From positions 2,490,001 to 2,522,000 of the forward strand of contig NC_002677.1 in assembly GCF_000195855.1 (NCBI RefSeq): a DNA stretch of 32,000 bases, read 5' to 3'. Below the pieces are notes generated by a model. That model saw nothing but the letters and a program-made list of their open reading frames with translations. It was not told the DNA's origin and searched no databases. Made by a program: the position numbers and the translations under genes. Shown piece after piece: positions 1 to 10,251 of the stretch (within the stretch, counting starts at the first letter, position 1; every line of letters begins with the position of its first letter). The DNA comes from Mycobacterium leprae TN. Its GTDB lineage: Bacteria > Actinomycetota > Actinomycetes > Mycobacteriales > Mycobacteriaceae.

Positions 1-45
1 CAACACTACCGCTTTGACCGGTCGGTCGAGGGTATCAAGATTCAT
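1..45 (-). CDS. pstA1: 5' end (15 codons, runs off the window) of a PstA-like phosphate ABC transporter permease
   Basis: ATG at 45 on the minus strand, 17 nt downstream of the pstC stop, reads MNLDTLDRPVKAVVL. Its position after pstS-pstC fits the pstSCA operon order. The fragment is too short for an independent homology call. Confidence 0.4.
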   Translation of the reverse strand, partial: MNLDTLDRPVKAVVL

Positions 46-62
46 CGAGAGCTCACCGCAGC

Positions 63-1022
63 TTATCCGTTCACCCTTCCGCCGGAGATTGCGCGAGCGA
101 CCGCGTTGACGACGAACGTCAGGAAGAACAGTGCAAATCCTGCTGCGATATATGCTCCGGTCGGCAGCGGTTGGCTAAATTCTGATGCCGCGGAGGCAAT
201 CTTAGAAGCGAACGTGTAACCACCGTCAAAAAGCGACCAATTGCCCGAGCGAGCGGCCGAACGCAGGATTATCAGAACCGCCAGGGTTTCTCCTAAAGCA
301 CGGCCCAAACCGAGCATTGCCGCCGCGGCAACGCCGCTACGGCCGAACGGCAGTACGGTCATCTGTACCACTTCCCACTTGGTCGCGCCCAGCGCCTGAG
401 CTGCTTCGATCTGAATGAGTGGGGTGTGGCGAAACACTTCGCGCGACACCGAGGTGACAATTGGCAGGATCATCACCGCTAGGACGATGCCGCTGGTGAA
501 AATGGTGCCGCCGCCAGCCAACGACACATTGCCCTGTTTGAACAGAAACAGCCATCCCAGGTTGTGGTTGAGAAACACCGCTATCGGCTGAAGCTTCGGC
601 GCCAACACGAATACCCCCCACAACCCGAAGATAATCGATGGCACCGCAGCCAGCAGATCAACCATCGCACTGAACAGACGCGACAGCCGTGCCGGAACAT
701 ATTGGGTAAGGAATACCGCGATTCCGATAGCCACCGGCACAGCCAACACCAGGGCACATATCGAACTCAGCACCGTCACCATGAAAAGGTCGCGGATACC
801 AAACGCGAGATTCTTATCACCGGTGGTGTCGAATTTTGCGCTGGTGAAAAAATTTGCATGGTTCGCGCGCAACGAGGGCACAGCACGAAGCAACAGGAAT
901 ATCGCGATCAGCAGGATCGCGGCGACGACCGTCGAACCAGCCGCGGCAGCGGCCGATTTGAACAGCCGATCGCACCGCCGGGTTACATATGAACCGACTG
1001 CTGCTGGCGTGGGCTTTATCAC
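63..1022 (-). CDS. pstC2: Phosphate ABC transporter permease PstC
   Basis: Intact 319-aa ORF with a GTG start and multiple hydrophobic helices. It carries the ABC permease EAA-type loop ([15 protein letters not shown]...LP). It lies 42 nt downstream of pstS on the same strand. Confidence 0.9.
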   Translation of the reverse strand: MIKPTPAAVGSYVTRRCDRLFKSAAAAAGSTVVAAILLIAIFLLLRAVPSLRANHANFFTSAKFDTTGDKNLAFGIRDLFMVTVLSSICALVLAVPVAIGIAVFLTQYVPARLSRLFSAMVDLLAAVPSIIFGLWGVFVLAPKLQPIAVFLNHNLGWLFLFKQGNVSLAGGGTIFTSGIVLAVMILPIVTSVSREVFRHTPLIQIEAAQALGATKWEVVQMTVLPFGRSGVAAAAMLGLGRALGETLAVLIILRSAARSGNWSLFDGGYTFASKIASAASEFSQPLPTGAYIAAGFALFFLTFVVNAVARAISGGRVNG

Positions 1023-1064
1023 AGTCGCAGGTACTAACGAATTTGTCGCCGTGACGATGTCATA

Positions 1065-2174
1065 TCAAGCGATGGCATTAGCCGCAGTCGACAATCTGGA
1101 TTTGAAAGAATCCGGAATAGGTACATATCCGTTGTCCCCTAGGCCATTCTGGCCTCCACCGATGGTGCTCTGCAGGAATGCCTTCACAGCCCTACCGACC
1201 TGGGCATCGGGATACTTCGAGCAGACAATCTCGTAGGTCGCCAGCACGATTGGGTAGGAGCCGGGCTGAGCCGGCTTGTAAAACGAGACCGTGTCAAGCA
1301 CTAAATCGTTACCCTCTCCAATGATCGTAGCCCCAGAAATTGTCTTGCCGACCGAGTCGACGCTGATCGCAATGGGTTCTGGATCGGCCGACGTGGCGAT
1401 CTTGGCCGTGTTCAGCTTCCGCGCCGAAGCGAACGACCATTCGTTGTAGGTGATCGACCCTTCAGTGGACTTGACGGCCGCCGACGTACCGTCATTGCCC
1501 TTGGCACCCTCACCAACACCGCCTTTAAAGGTCTTGCCGATACCTTTGCCCCACTCACCGTTTGATGCGACGTCAAGGTACCTCTGGAAATTATCCGTGG
1601 TACCGGACTCGTCGTTGCGGAACACGACATGAATCGGCTCAGCCGGAAGGGCGACGCCAGTGTTCAGCGCTTGGATCGCGGGATCGTTCCAACTGGCGAT
1701 GGAACCATTGAAGATCTTCGCGGTTGTCGGACCGTCCAGGTTCAGTGAACTCAGGCCGTTCACGTTGTAAGTGATCGCGATGGGGCCGAAGACCACCGGT
1801 AAATTCCACGCCTGCGAGCCACAACGTTGCTCTGCTGCGGCATACTCCTTCCTACTCAACGGTGAGTCTGAGCCACCGAAATCTGTTTGATTACCGTTGA
1901 ATTCGCTAACCCCCGCACCGGAACCATTAGCCGTATAGTTCAACGTCTGTCCTGGACATGACCGTTCGAACGCATTAACAAAGCGGGTCATCGCGTTGGC
2001 CTGGGCTGTCGACCCGCTAGCTTTCAGTGTCGGCTTCCCACCGCAGCTCACCTGGCCTGACGATGGGCCTGTCCGTGCACTTCCTACAGCTGCGTTGTTG
2101 TCGCTGCCGCAGCCCGACAACAGCGCACCAGTAGCCAGGAGCCCAATCGCGGCACCAAACTGGTTGAGCTTCAA
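1065..2174 (-). CDS. pstS3: Periplasmic phosphate-binding lipoprotein PstS
   Basis: Intact 369-aa ORF. TTG start at 2174 is preceded by GAGGAG 5 nt upstream. The signal peptide has lipobox LSGC ([24 protein letters not shown]). PBP-type motifs are present ([20 protein letters not shown]). Confidence 0.9.
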   Translation of the reverse strand: MKLNQFGAAIGLLATGALLSGCGSDNNAAVGSARTGPSSGQVSCGGKPTLKASGSTAQANAMTRFVNAFERSCPGQTLNYTANGSGAGVSEFNGNQTDFGGSDSPLSRKEYAAAEQRCGSQAWNLPVVFGPIAITYNVNGLSSLNLDGPTTAKIFNGSIASWNDPAIQALNTGVALPAEPIHVVFRNDESGTTDNFQRYLDVASNGEWGKGIGKTFKGGVGEGAKGNDGTSAAVKSTEGSITYNEWSFASARKLNTAKIATSADPEPIAISVDSVGKTISGATIIGEGNDLVLDTVSFYKPAQPGSYPIVLATYEIVCSKYPDAQVGRAVKAFLQSTIGGGQNGLGDNGYVPIPDSFKSRLSTAANAIA

Positions 2175-2461
2175 TCTAGCTCCTCACGGTAGCGTAAATC
2201 TGACTGCCCCCAGTAGAGCCGGCGCTCCAACTAGCCGTCTTATCCGGAGTCATGAGGCTACATTAACAAGGTTTACCTGCGGAACATTTTGACTGGCCGT
2301 TGCTGATAGACAGCAGAACTCCCCGGGCCCACACACTCTACTCGAACATAATTTCGATAAACTTTTCGCTGGGGCGGGCGGTCATCAAGGCGGAGCATTG
2401 CATTGGCACGCCCATACGACAAACTAGTACCTATTCCACTGACCGAAACGGTGAGGTTCTC

Positions 2462-2495
2462 TGCCCTGTCGGTTGACATGCCCTGTCGGCTGACA
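2462..2495 (+). promoter_or_regulatory. Tandem 17-bp direct repeat, each unit containing TGTC-N4-GACA; candidate operator in the pstS / SDR divergent region
   Basis: TGCCCTGTCGGTTGACA (2462-2478) is followed immediately by TGCCCTGTCGGCTGACA (2479-2495), with one mismatch. The repeat ends 5 nt before the ATG at 2501. Its function is not demonstrable from sequence. Confidence 0.3.
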
Positions 2496-2500
2496 GTTGC

Positions 2501-3290
2501 ATGAGAAGGACCGCAATGATCCTTGGCAGTTTCCGTCGCGACGACAAAGTCGCCGTCATAACCGGTGACGACCGCGACCTCGATGCAGCCATCGTGGTAG
2601 CTTTCGCCGAAACCGACACCGATGTCGTAATCGCGTCGCGAACGCAATCCGCACTAGACGCTGTCGCCGAACAAGTCCGGTCCGCCGGCCGGCGCTCTAC
2701 ACACCGGCGCCGGCGACCTGGCATATCCCAACATCACCACACACCTGGCCGGTTTAGGCCGCCGAGGCGTTCGAGAGACTAGACATTGCCGTCAACAACG
2801 TCGGACGGGACCATGCCGAACATCTCAACTAAGAACCTGAAAAACGCATGCACGTTCAATGTCGGCACCACCCACGCGTTGACCGTCGCAGCGGTGCCGT
2901 TGATGTTCGAGCACCCCGATTGCTGCAGCGTGATCAACATCAGCTCCACGATGGTCCGATTGGACGGACACGTGGTTTCTGCCGCCTACGGCACCACCAA
3001 AGCCACATCGTCGCAATACACGCGACTAAGCCGGCACTGGACCTATTCCGGGTCAACGCCATCGCACCTAGGTCCATCCGCACCTCCGCATTGGATTTAG
3101 TTGCCGCCAACGTCGAGCTACGGGCCCCGATGGAGCAGGTGACACCGATGCGCCGCCCCGGCAATCCCTGCGACATCGCGACTGCGACAGTGTATTTGAC
3201 GTCTCCTGCCAGCATCTATTTAACTGGCATGATCTGGAAGTCGATGGTAACTTCACTTGCTCGAATCTTGACCTAGCCATCCCGGACCTG
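2501..3290 (+). pseudogene. Short-chain dehydrogenase/reductase pseudogene
   Basis: SDR motifs are spread over three frames. The N-terminal KVAVITG is followed by a degraded glycine motif (GDDRDLD in place of GxxxGxG). NISSTM...AAYGTTKA (YxxxK) lies in a second frame. [10 protein letters not shown]...[27 protein letters not shown], then DLEVDG, lie in further frames. Confidence 0.75.
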
Positions 3291-3302
3291 TGCCTCCCCA
3301 CC

Positions 3303-4420
3303 ATGAGGGAGCCAACCATGTTCATACCCGTCATCCAATTGGGCACCGGTGACGTCGGCGTCCATACGCTCAGAGCACTTATCCCCAAGCGAAAACCGAG
3401 CTAACCGACGTCTAGGTGTCATCGGAAGCCAATACAAGTAAGGACGCGGCATAGCTTGCCGACGCGATGAACGTGCGAGCCAGCACTGACCTGGACGCGA
3501 TGCCCGCCACCGGGCCACGATGCGCCGTCTACGGCGCTATGGCCGATAATCGGCTACCCGGAAGCTTTGGCGGACTATCGTCGTGTACTGGCCGCAAGAG
3601 TCAACATTGTCGGCAGCGATCCTTGTCTTCCTGCAGTATCCGTGGCAAGTAATCCCCGATCTCATCGGATCCTTAGAAGACATTGCGTGCACATAACAAG
3701 GTAATCCGAGCCTGTACGTCACACGGTATCGATCCGGGCTTCGCAAACGACCTGTTGCCGCTGGCATTGCCCGGCACCTACCAGAACCAGAGCATCCAGC
3801 AGCAGGTGCGTTGTATGAAGACCATAGACTATGGGGGACTACGCCACCTACGACAGCACCATCGTCATGTTCGACGTGATGGGGTTTGGTAAGCCACTCG
3901 ACGAGATCCCGATAATGTTGGAACCTAGTGCACTGGGCTTGGTATGGGGATCGGTAGCCCGACAACGTGCTGCGGGCCAGCATTATTTCGTTCGACGAAC
4001 TCACCGAAAAGCACGTCCGGGAAACGGCACCCGAAGCCATCGACATCGCGTCAAGCCACATTCCCCAGGACAACGCTACAACAGTACGATTCGAAGTGCT
4101 AAAGATGGTCAACGGTGAGTCTTAAGAACACGCCACCCAGTTATACGCGAAGACCTGTATCCCGATTGACTGGAACCCGCTCAGCTTGACGGTTCATACC
4201 GCATCGAAGCCGCCTATAAGACCATCCTACGCAATGAACATCTGCCTGCGCAGCCAGGGCCCAGGGCTATCACAACCGCACCGGACTGGTGACCACCGCG
4301 ACGCGGGCCTTCAACGCGACCCCTGCGGTGGTGGCCACCCCGCCGAAGTATCGTGGACGATCCCTGGACCTGCCGCTAAGCACCGATTGGGGGAGCTACC
4401 TCCCCCGGGCAACGTGGTGA
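3303..4420 (+). pseudogene. DapB-N-like / saccharopine-dehydrogenase-like NAD(P)-binding oxidoreductase pseudogene
   Basis: The N-terminus reads IPVIQLGTGDVGVHTLRALI, then hits an in-frame stop. Later family-like pieces (GIDPGFANDLLPLAL, VRFEVLKMVNGE, ATPAVVATP...DLPL) appear in different frames with several stops. Confidence 0.6.
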
Positions 4421-4501
4421 CCAACCTGTCCAGACAGACCCTCGGTAGGTGCCCAGGGCCAATCCCGACTACCGCTAACCCGGCCCTCACCATAGCAAGA
4501 A

Positions 4502-5782
4502 TTGTTCGTTAACCTCACTTGCCTATCGGAGGGTAATGGATCGAGGGGTAAAGCGTTGGCAGAGAGCACCCAGGCCGAGCTTAAAACGAGCTGGTATTTG
4601 CTCGGACCAGCTTTCGTCGCCGCGATCGCCTACGTCGATCCCGGAAATGTGGCAGCCAACGTCAGCTCCGGCGCACAATTCGGCTATCTGCAACTGTGGG
4701 TGGTCGTCGTGGCCAATGTGCTGGCCGGCCTGGTGCAGTACCTGTCAGCGAAGCTTGGGCTAGTGACCGGACAGTCACTTCCCCAGGCAATCAGCAAGCA
4801 AATGAGTCATCCGTTCCGACTGGGCTTTTGGTTGCAGGCCGAACTGGTAGCGATGGCAACCGATGTTGCTGAAATCGTAGGCGGGGCCATCGCCTTCCAC
4901 ATCTTGTTTAGAGTATCATTGCTGCTCGGCGGGGTGATCACTGGGACGGTGTCGTTGCTGCTACTGATGGTGAAGGACCGTCGAGGCCAACTCTTGTTCG
5001 AGCGCGTCATCACTGGACTGCTGTTTGTCATTGTCGTCGGCTTCACGTCCAGTTTCTTCGTCGCGACGCCCTCACCCGAAGACATGGTAAACGGCCTACT
5101 GCCGCGCTTCCAGGGAACCGAAAGCGTACTGCTGGCCGCCGCTATCATAGGCGCCACCGTGATGCCGCACGCGGTGTACCTGCATTCCGGTCTTGCCCTG
5201 GACCGGCACGGACACCCCCACGCGGGCCGTAGCCGGCGTCGACTACTCCGCGTCACCCGCTTGGACGTCATCCTGGCGATGACGATCGCCGGAATCGTGA
5301 ATACGGCGATGCTACTAGTGGCCGCGATCAACCTGCAGCATCATCAGGTAACCGCTTACATCGAGGGCACTTACACCGCCATACAGGACACCTTGGGAGC
5401 GACGATCGCGATGCTGTTTGCGATCGGGTTACTCGCCTCCAGTTTGGCATCCGCATCGGTGGGCGCCTATGCCGGTGCCTTGATCATGCAAGGATTGCTA
5501 CAGCGGTCCATTCCCATGCTGATACGGCGCTTGATCACATTGTGCCCCGCGATCGCGATCCTGGCGCTCGGTTTCGACCCCACTCGCGCATTGGTGCTAT
5601 CCCAGATAGTACTGTCCTTCGGTATACCGTTCGCGGTGCTTCCACTGGTCAAACTGACCAACAACCGCGGACTGATGGGTAACGATACCAACCATCCCGC
5701 CACAACTGTTCTCGGCTGGGCCGTCGCGATATTGGTTAGTCTGCTTAACGTGGTGCTGATCTACCTGACCGTGACCAGTTAA
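4502..5782 (+). CDS. mntH: NRAMP-family divalent metal (Mn2+/Fe2+) : H+ symporter MntH
   Basis: Intact 426-aa ORF. The only in-frame start after the upstream TAG is TTG at 4502. The NRAMP signature GPAFVAAIAYVDPGNVAANV, MPHAVYLHS and about 11 hydrophobic helices are present. Confidence 0.9.
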   Translation: MFVNLTCLSEGNGSRGKALAESTQAELKTSWYLLGPAFVAAIAYVDPGNVAANVSSGAQFGYLQLWVVVVANVLAGLVQYLSAKLGLVTGQSLPQAISKQMSHPFRLGFWLQAELVAMATDVAEIVGGAIAFHILFRVSLLLGGVITGTVSLLLLMVKDRRGQLLFERVITGLLFVIVVGFTSSFFVATPSPEDMVNGLLPRFQGTESVLLAAAIIGATVMPHAVYLHSGLALDRHGHPHAGRSRRRLLRVTRLDVILAMTIAGIVNTAMLLVAAINLQHHQVTAYIEGTYTAIQDTLGATIAMLFAIGLLASSLASASVGAYAGALIMQGLLQRSIPMLIRRLITLCPAIAILALGFDPTRALVLSQIVLSFGIPFAVLPLVKLTNNRGLMGNDTNHPATTVLGWAVAILVSLLNVVLIYLTVTS

Positions 5783-5875
5783 ATGCCGGCCGGCATACGT
5801 ATCTCGCATATGGCCGAACCTGTGCGTAAGGAAGATGACACCGAACAGCTCGACAGCAGGTAGACGCGCTAAACC

Positions 5876-6560
5876 TTACCGGTTCAGGAGTTGACCAGGC
5901 AATGTGTGCCGTTGCATTCGACGGAGCGCAGGAACGCGTCGGTGACTCTGACCGACAGGTTGAAAAAGAAAGCTCACTGTGTCTTTACATTTTGATGGTA
6001 ACGAAGTAATAAATATCCGAATGTGATTACGTCGAGGACCGCCATGCATGCACCGTGGCAACGACCACCGATCGAAACCACATATGCCGCCATGTTAAAC
6101 AGTTAAAGGTAAAGAATTCGGCACCCTCGCGGTGCCGGCTGTAGTGGGACACTCGATCCTCGACGGGTCACAGGTAAACAAAAGTGTAACCAACGCCCCC
6201 GCAAGTGCGTTGGATCCCGACAGCATGTCCAAGAATCATGAAGATCGAGTGCAGCTAATTTTCCACAGGCAGAGCCAAACATACAGAGAGCAGGCCGATG
6301 TTGGTGCCCGCGTTCATCAGCATGGGCGAGTTCGGCAGAAATTCAAGATCGCGCAGCAGCGCCGAGAAGCGCTCTGCCCACCACACCGAGGTGACACTCT
6401 GGTCCCCATCCTTGGCACCCGTGGCGAAGGACGCCACTTAGTCCATTATCTCTACCAATCGACTCGGTCGACCTAACGTGCTCGTCGCACAGGAGATAAT
6501 CGTTTCTACGGTACCACCACTGCATACAGGCCCAGTTTCAGCTCGTCACACACCCCGAAC
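5876..6560 (-). pseudogene. nrdZ: Class II (B12-dependent) ribonucleotide reductase pseudogene, N-terminal third only, 3'-truncated
   Basis: Minus-strand fragments read YLLCDEH..., WAERFSALLRDLEFLPNSPMLMNAGTNIGLLSVCLALPVE, SIFMILGHAVGIQRTCGGVGYTF and SHSDIYYFVT. These correspond to the RNR motifs FLPNSPTLMNAG, LSACFVLP, GGGxGxxFS and HPDI. They are split across frames with stops. No further RNR sequence lies between 5876 and the mntH stop. Confidence 0.7.
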
Positions 6561-6873
6561 AGGGCTTTTGCCATGCGCAACTCGCTGCGCCGCTACTGAT
6601 AGATGATCTAGACCCGAACGATGTAGTCCAGGTTGGATTCGCCGAACCCACACCTCAACAAAATCCTGAATACGTTTAATGAGTAAAATTGAGGACTCCA
6701 GCGCATAAGCAACAGCCCGGACTAGCGTGGCCGGCATGTAGAGGCCGTCATAACCCACCTAGCTGCTGGCGCGCGACCGTTGCCTCAATCCGTCTGACGT
6801 TGCAGCGAGGGAGTACCCGATCGCGGCACCGGACCGGCACCAGCCACACCGATTTCATCGGCTCCGAAAACGC

Positions 6874-7149
6874 CTACTTGCTCTTATCGTGGGAGAGGGC
6901 TGGCTGCACAGCATCGAAACCGATGTTGGGCACGCTCGTCGGTGTCCTTCTGCTCCGCAACCGTGACGACGACCGCGTCGACGCTAGGAACAACGATCCC
7001 CTCATGGTCGGTGGCTAGACATACGAGACATACGGTAATACCCATCTGGGAAGTGAACCGCCGGTAATCAGTCCCCGGTGGTCTGGTTGATCGATTGTGG
7101 TGCCCTTGATCACCAACCAGTCACCGCCCTTTACCTCCAGGCGATTCAT
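6874..7149 (-). pseudogene. DUF1918-family small protein pseudogene (homologue of the gene preceding nrdZ in M. tuberculosis)
   Basis: ATG at 7149 gives MNRLEVKGGDWLVIKGTTIDQPDHRGLI. A frameshift leads to ATDHEGIVVPSVDAVVVTVAEQKDTDERAQHRF, and another shift leads to DAVQPALSHDKSK followed by a stop. At least two frameshifts fall within about 90 codons. Confidence 0.7.
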
Positions 7150-7159
7150 CCTTATCTTC

Positions 7160-8630
7160 GGGAATTCCATTGTTCATGCGTTCGACCCGTCAGCGGAAAG
7201 GGTATAACAGTAACCACCTTAGATGACCAAAGATCCGTCGCTGTCTCGGCTGAGAGTACACGATGGGGGTTGATCTTTGAGCTCGATCGCGCTACGAACG
7301 ATCGCTGATCACGACGCTACCCTGGACGGTGCGGCATGTTCCTAGGCCCCAGGCAACATTCCCCAAACCACGTATCTTTTCCACGAGCCGGATGGGGTAC
7401 ACCATCGCGAGACACGCTAATGTGCCCGGACATACTCAGTTTATCATCTGGCCGCAGCATCGGCATCAGCCAATCAGCGAAGCTTTCCACATCCCCGCAC
7501 AGCATTTTAGCCGGTGAGCTCAACGCCCGCGAAAATTTATTCGCTGATATCTGCGGCCACGGAAAGACGGACATGACCCACCCTAACGTATGCGCTGTAG
7601 GTTAGCTGCGGCATCGATGGCTCAAACGTGGTTAACACCACATCCTATTGGGCTGCTGACGAAGCAATCACCCGAGATGTGGTTTTTCCTTAGATGTAGC
7701 AGCCGCCGACATCGCGGCTATCCACTCGAGCGAGCATTTCAGGCTGCAGATCGCAAGGCTGAACCACCGCCGCGGTGACGCCTGTAGCCGCCGCGGCGGA
7801 CAAGCCAGTCAAGATCGAAACCGACATTGTCGGAGCGCTACCGTGGCTAGCGTCAATTAACGAATCGTCTGCGGCAGAGATGCTATGCGTGGGGTCACTC
7901 GAATTAAGGCGCGCAGGCGACGTGCCAGGACCGACGGCAACAAAGACAGCAGATGGCGAATGGACTGCTATCAGCACTGAATAGTTCACTTGATAGCGAC
8001 TTCAGCATTAAAAACAAGTTCCTCGAATACAAACCTGTACCTCACCCCGATCTTGGTACTCAGGGCCAGGACAGAACCCGTTCAATTGGGCTGCATCGGT
8101 AGCGGCCAAATCGCTTCGCCAATGCGACCTTGTACCGCCGCAACCATATCAGTTGTTGACTTGTGTTCGGTGCTGATGGTGCACCACTAAACCGAGCTGA
8201 AGTCCTAAAAGACGCTGCTGAGGAAATCAGCATAGGATCACAACGACACCGATTCCAACATAGTCAAGTTGCTCGACCAGCGTCACAGTGTCGGTACCGG
8301 CCCCGATGCGGACCGGTACCGACACTGTTAAGCGCGGCCAGCATCATCATATCGTGGATCACCGATCAAGCTTACCGATGTGATTGCGTTGTGGTTCAAC
8401 GAATGTTGTCACTCTATATGGCGCTGTTGTGCGCTGGCATCGCTTGTAAGTCGTCTACGCACCCAAACGACGCGATCATGCTCGGGCTGTGGCTGTGTGC
8501 GATAGTGACTTCTAACCCCTTCGAGAAGGGACACTTACGAACGCCGACGCCCAGGCCGTCCGGCACTCGTCTGCCTTGCTTAATAGTCAATTTCAATTCT
8601 GAACTCCATAACAAGGTAACAAGCACAGGC
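7160..8630 (-). pseudogene. Cytochrome P450 pseudogene
   Basis: The minus strand carries a degenerate haem-binding region (DTWFGECCLGPRNM versus FGGGxRxCxG), an I-helix-like stretch (ILTGLSAAAATGVTAAVV) and an N-terminal proline-rich hinge (RRVPDGLGVG). Many stops and frameshifts are present. The length matches a roughly 470-aa P450. Confidence 0.5.
8285..8328. repeat. Perfect 16-bp inverted repeat with 12-nt spacer (hairpin-forming)
   Basis: ACAGTGTCGGTACCGG (8285-8300) and CCGGTACCGACACTGT (8313-8328) are exact reverse complements. The element lies inside the P450 pseudogene. Confidence 0.85.
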
Positions 8631-8659
8631 TGCTTGCCACTACGATAATTGGCTGCCTG

Positions 8660-9950
8660 GCGGTGTCCACAGGGCGACTGACGGCGATTCGCTTGCTCTA
8701 TCCGCAGTTTCGCCAGCTTGTTTCCGGAACGTCAACTCAACGGTAGCGAGCTGTCGTTATACCTGGACGGCACACCGGTTGTTGACGGGTGGACCAGATG
8801 GGCCAATAGTCGTGGCAGCATGCCGTGGTCGACTGACATGGGCACGATGGTGATTTCCGTAACCAAGGGCTTGGCATCCCTAGTCATCCATCGGCTTGTC
8901 GACCGAAGGATGTACTTGCCTACGATATACCGGTCGCCGAATAGTGGCCCGTGTTCGGCGCGAACGGCAAATCAGCCAGCACCCATTGGCTACAGGATAC
9001 GGCGCCGGACCGGGCTGTCCCACTTGGGCGGGGGAAATACCACCAACTTGATGTACCACCACCTTATGAAAGGCTGAACTGGCGGCAGCGACGCCAGAAC
9101 GGCCGCTGGATAAGACAACCCTACCATGCCTTGACCTAAGGATGGTTGATTTTCGAGTTGGTGCGCGCAGTCAAGAGCAAGGAAAGGCGCGAGCTGATCC
9201 GAGTGGAGCTGACCCAGTCACTGAACACCAACAGACTGCATCTGGGCCGGCCACCAGCCGACGCGCCGACCCACACAGCACAGATCATCACCCCGCAGAA
9301 CACCAAAACAAACCCACTGTTGAACTTCGTGGCACCGAAAATCGCCGTCTTCTCGTTCTCGGCCACTTCCGGGGATAGGTACTTTCCACCATGCACGCTT
9401 TGTCCAAGAAGATATTATGGCACAATACGTGCAAGATCAGCAGCTAATGAGGTGTGCACCATATGTGCGCTGGCACGCGTCTATGGTGTGATCACCAACA
9501 GGGGATAGCTCGACGGAATACAATAAAAATATACTGTCTTAATTGTCACCCGGGCGGGTGGCCGGCTTAACCGGCAGGCCCAGCCTGCAACCCGACCACA
9601 ACTTTTTCCTACCGCTGGCCTGCCACGTGAGATATCACGCGGTGCCCATATCCATGGAGCATTGCCCGGATTCGATCACACCCAGCATAGGCGGGCCAAA
9701 TAGGATGAACCGGTCCGGCAAAGCCGAATCGCATTCGGCTTTGCCGGACCGGCCACCAACCCCTATGATCTTCGACCATGCTACCTTCACCGGGCTTGGC
9801 ACACTGCTACACCGCCGTAGCCCAAAAGGGCGACTATGAACAAGCCACTCCCACCTCATAGGATACCACTAAAACATAGGATCATCCATAGAGGGTCACG
9901 GCCGGGATAGCCCCCATGACGGTGCCGTTTCTGGCACTTGCTGCGGCTTG
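8660..9950 (+). pseudogene. Serine esterase / class C beta-lactamase-family (Lip-like) pseudogene
   Basis: LYLDGTPVVDGW...PWSTDMGTMVISVTKGLASLVIHRLVDRR contains the SxxK motif. LHLGRPPAD follows in another frame, and ALARVYGVITNRG is followed by a stop and then LDG. Multiple frameshifts are present. Confidence 0.6.
9710..9752. repeat. Perfect 43-bp palindrome (20-bp stem, 3-nt loop)
   Basis: CCGGTCCGGCAAAGCCGAAT cgc ATTCGGCTTTGCCGGACCGG. The arms are exact reverse complements and no U-tract follows. The element lies inside the esterase pseudogene. Confidence 0.9.
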
Positions 9951-10251
9951 GACGTACCTACGGCGATTTTTTGGTCAATAGCAGCTCAAACTACGGGTGG
10001 AAAATGCGGAGGTACAGGGCCCAGATAACCAAAGCCGAGGAAGACGGCGGTTGCACCCCGGGAGCCAGGCATCGGCCCGGGATGGCTTTAACTGAACGGC
10101 GCAGTAGTTTTTAGCCACGTACACGACGAATGCCCACAGCCCGGAAAGTATGTTCCGCGCTCCCTAACCCCAGTGTGGCGGGCTGCACCGTGCAGCTCCT
10201 TTCACCCTTTGATGCCACAGCTTTGGATCTATCGGCCTGCGAGCAGGGGGA

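Noticed and set aside
3537-4112. 191-aa minus-strand ORF
   Set aside because: It is antisense to the DapB-N-like oxidoreductase remnant. The sense strand carries the family motifs.
4807-5331. 174-aa minus-strand ORF inside mntH
   Set aside because: It is fully antisense to an intact, strongly supported NRAMP gene, so it is a spurious GC-rich antisense frame.
5783-5802. 14-bp perfect palindrome ATGCCGGCCGGCAT directly after the mntH stop, followed by the ATACGTAT palindrome, as a terminator
   Set aside because: The usable stem is only about 5 bp with no U-tract. That is too weak to call as a terminator, although it may mark the rearrangement junction.
9136-9396. 86-aa minus-strand ORF with a hydrophobic segment (possible small membrane protein)
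   Set aside because: It lies antisense within the esterase remnant, with no SD-like sequence and no conserved motif.
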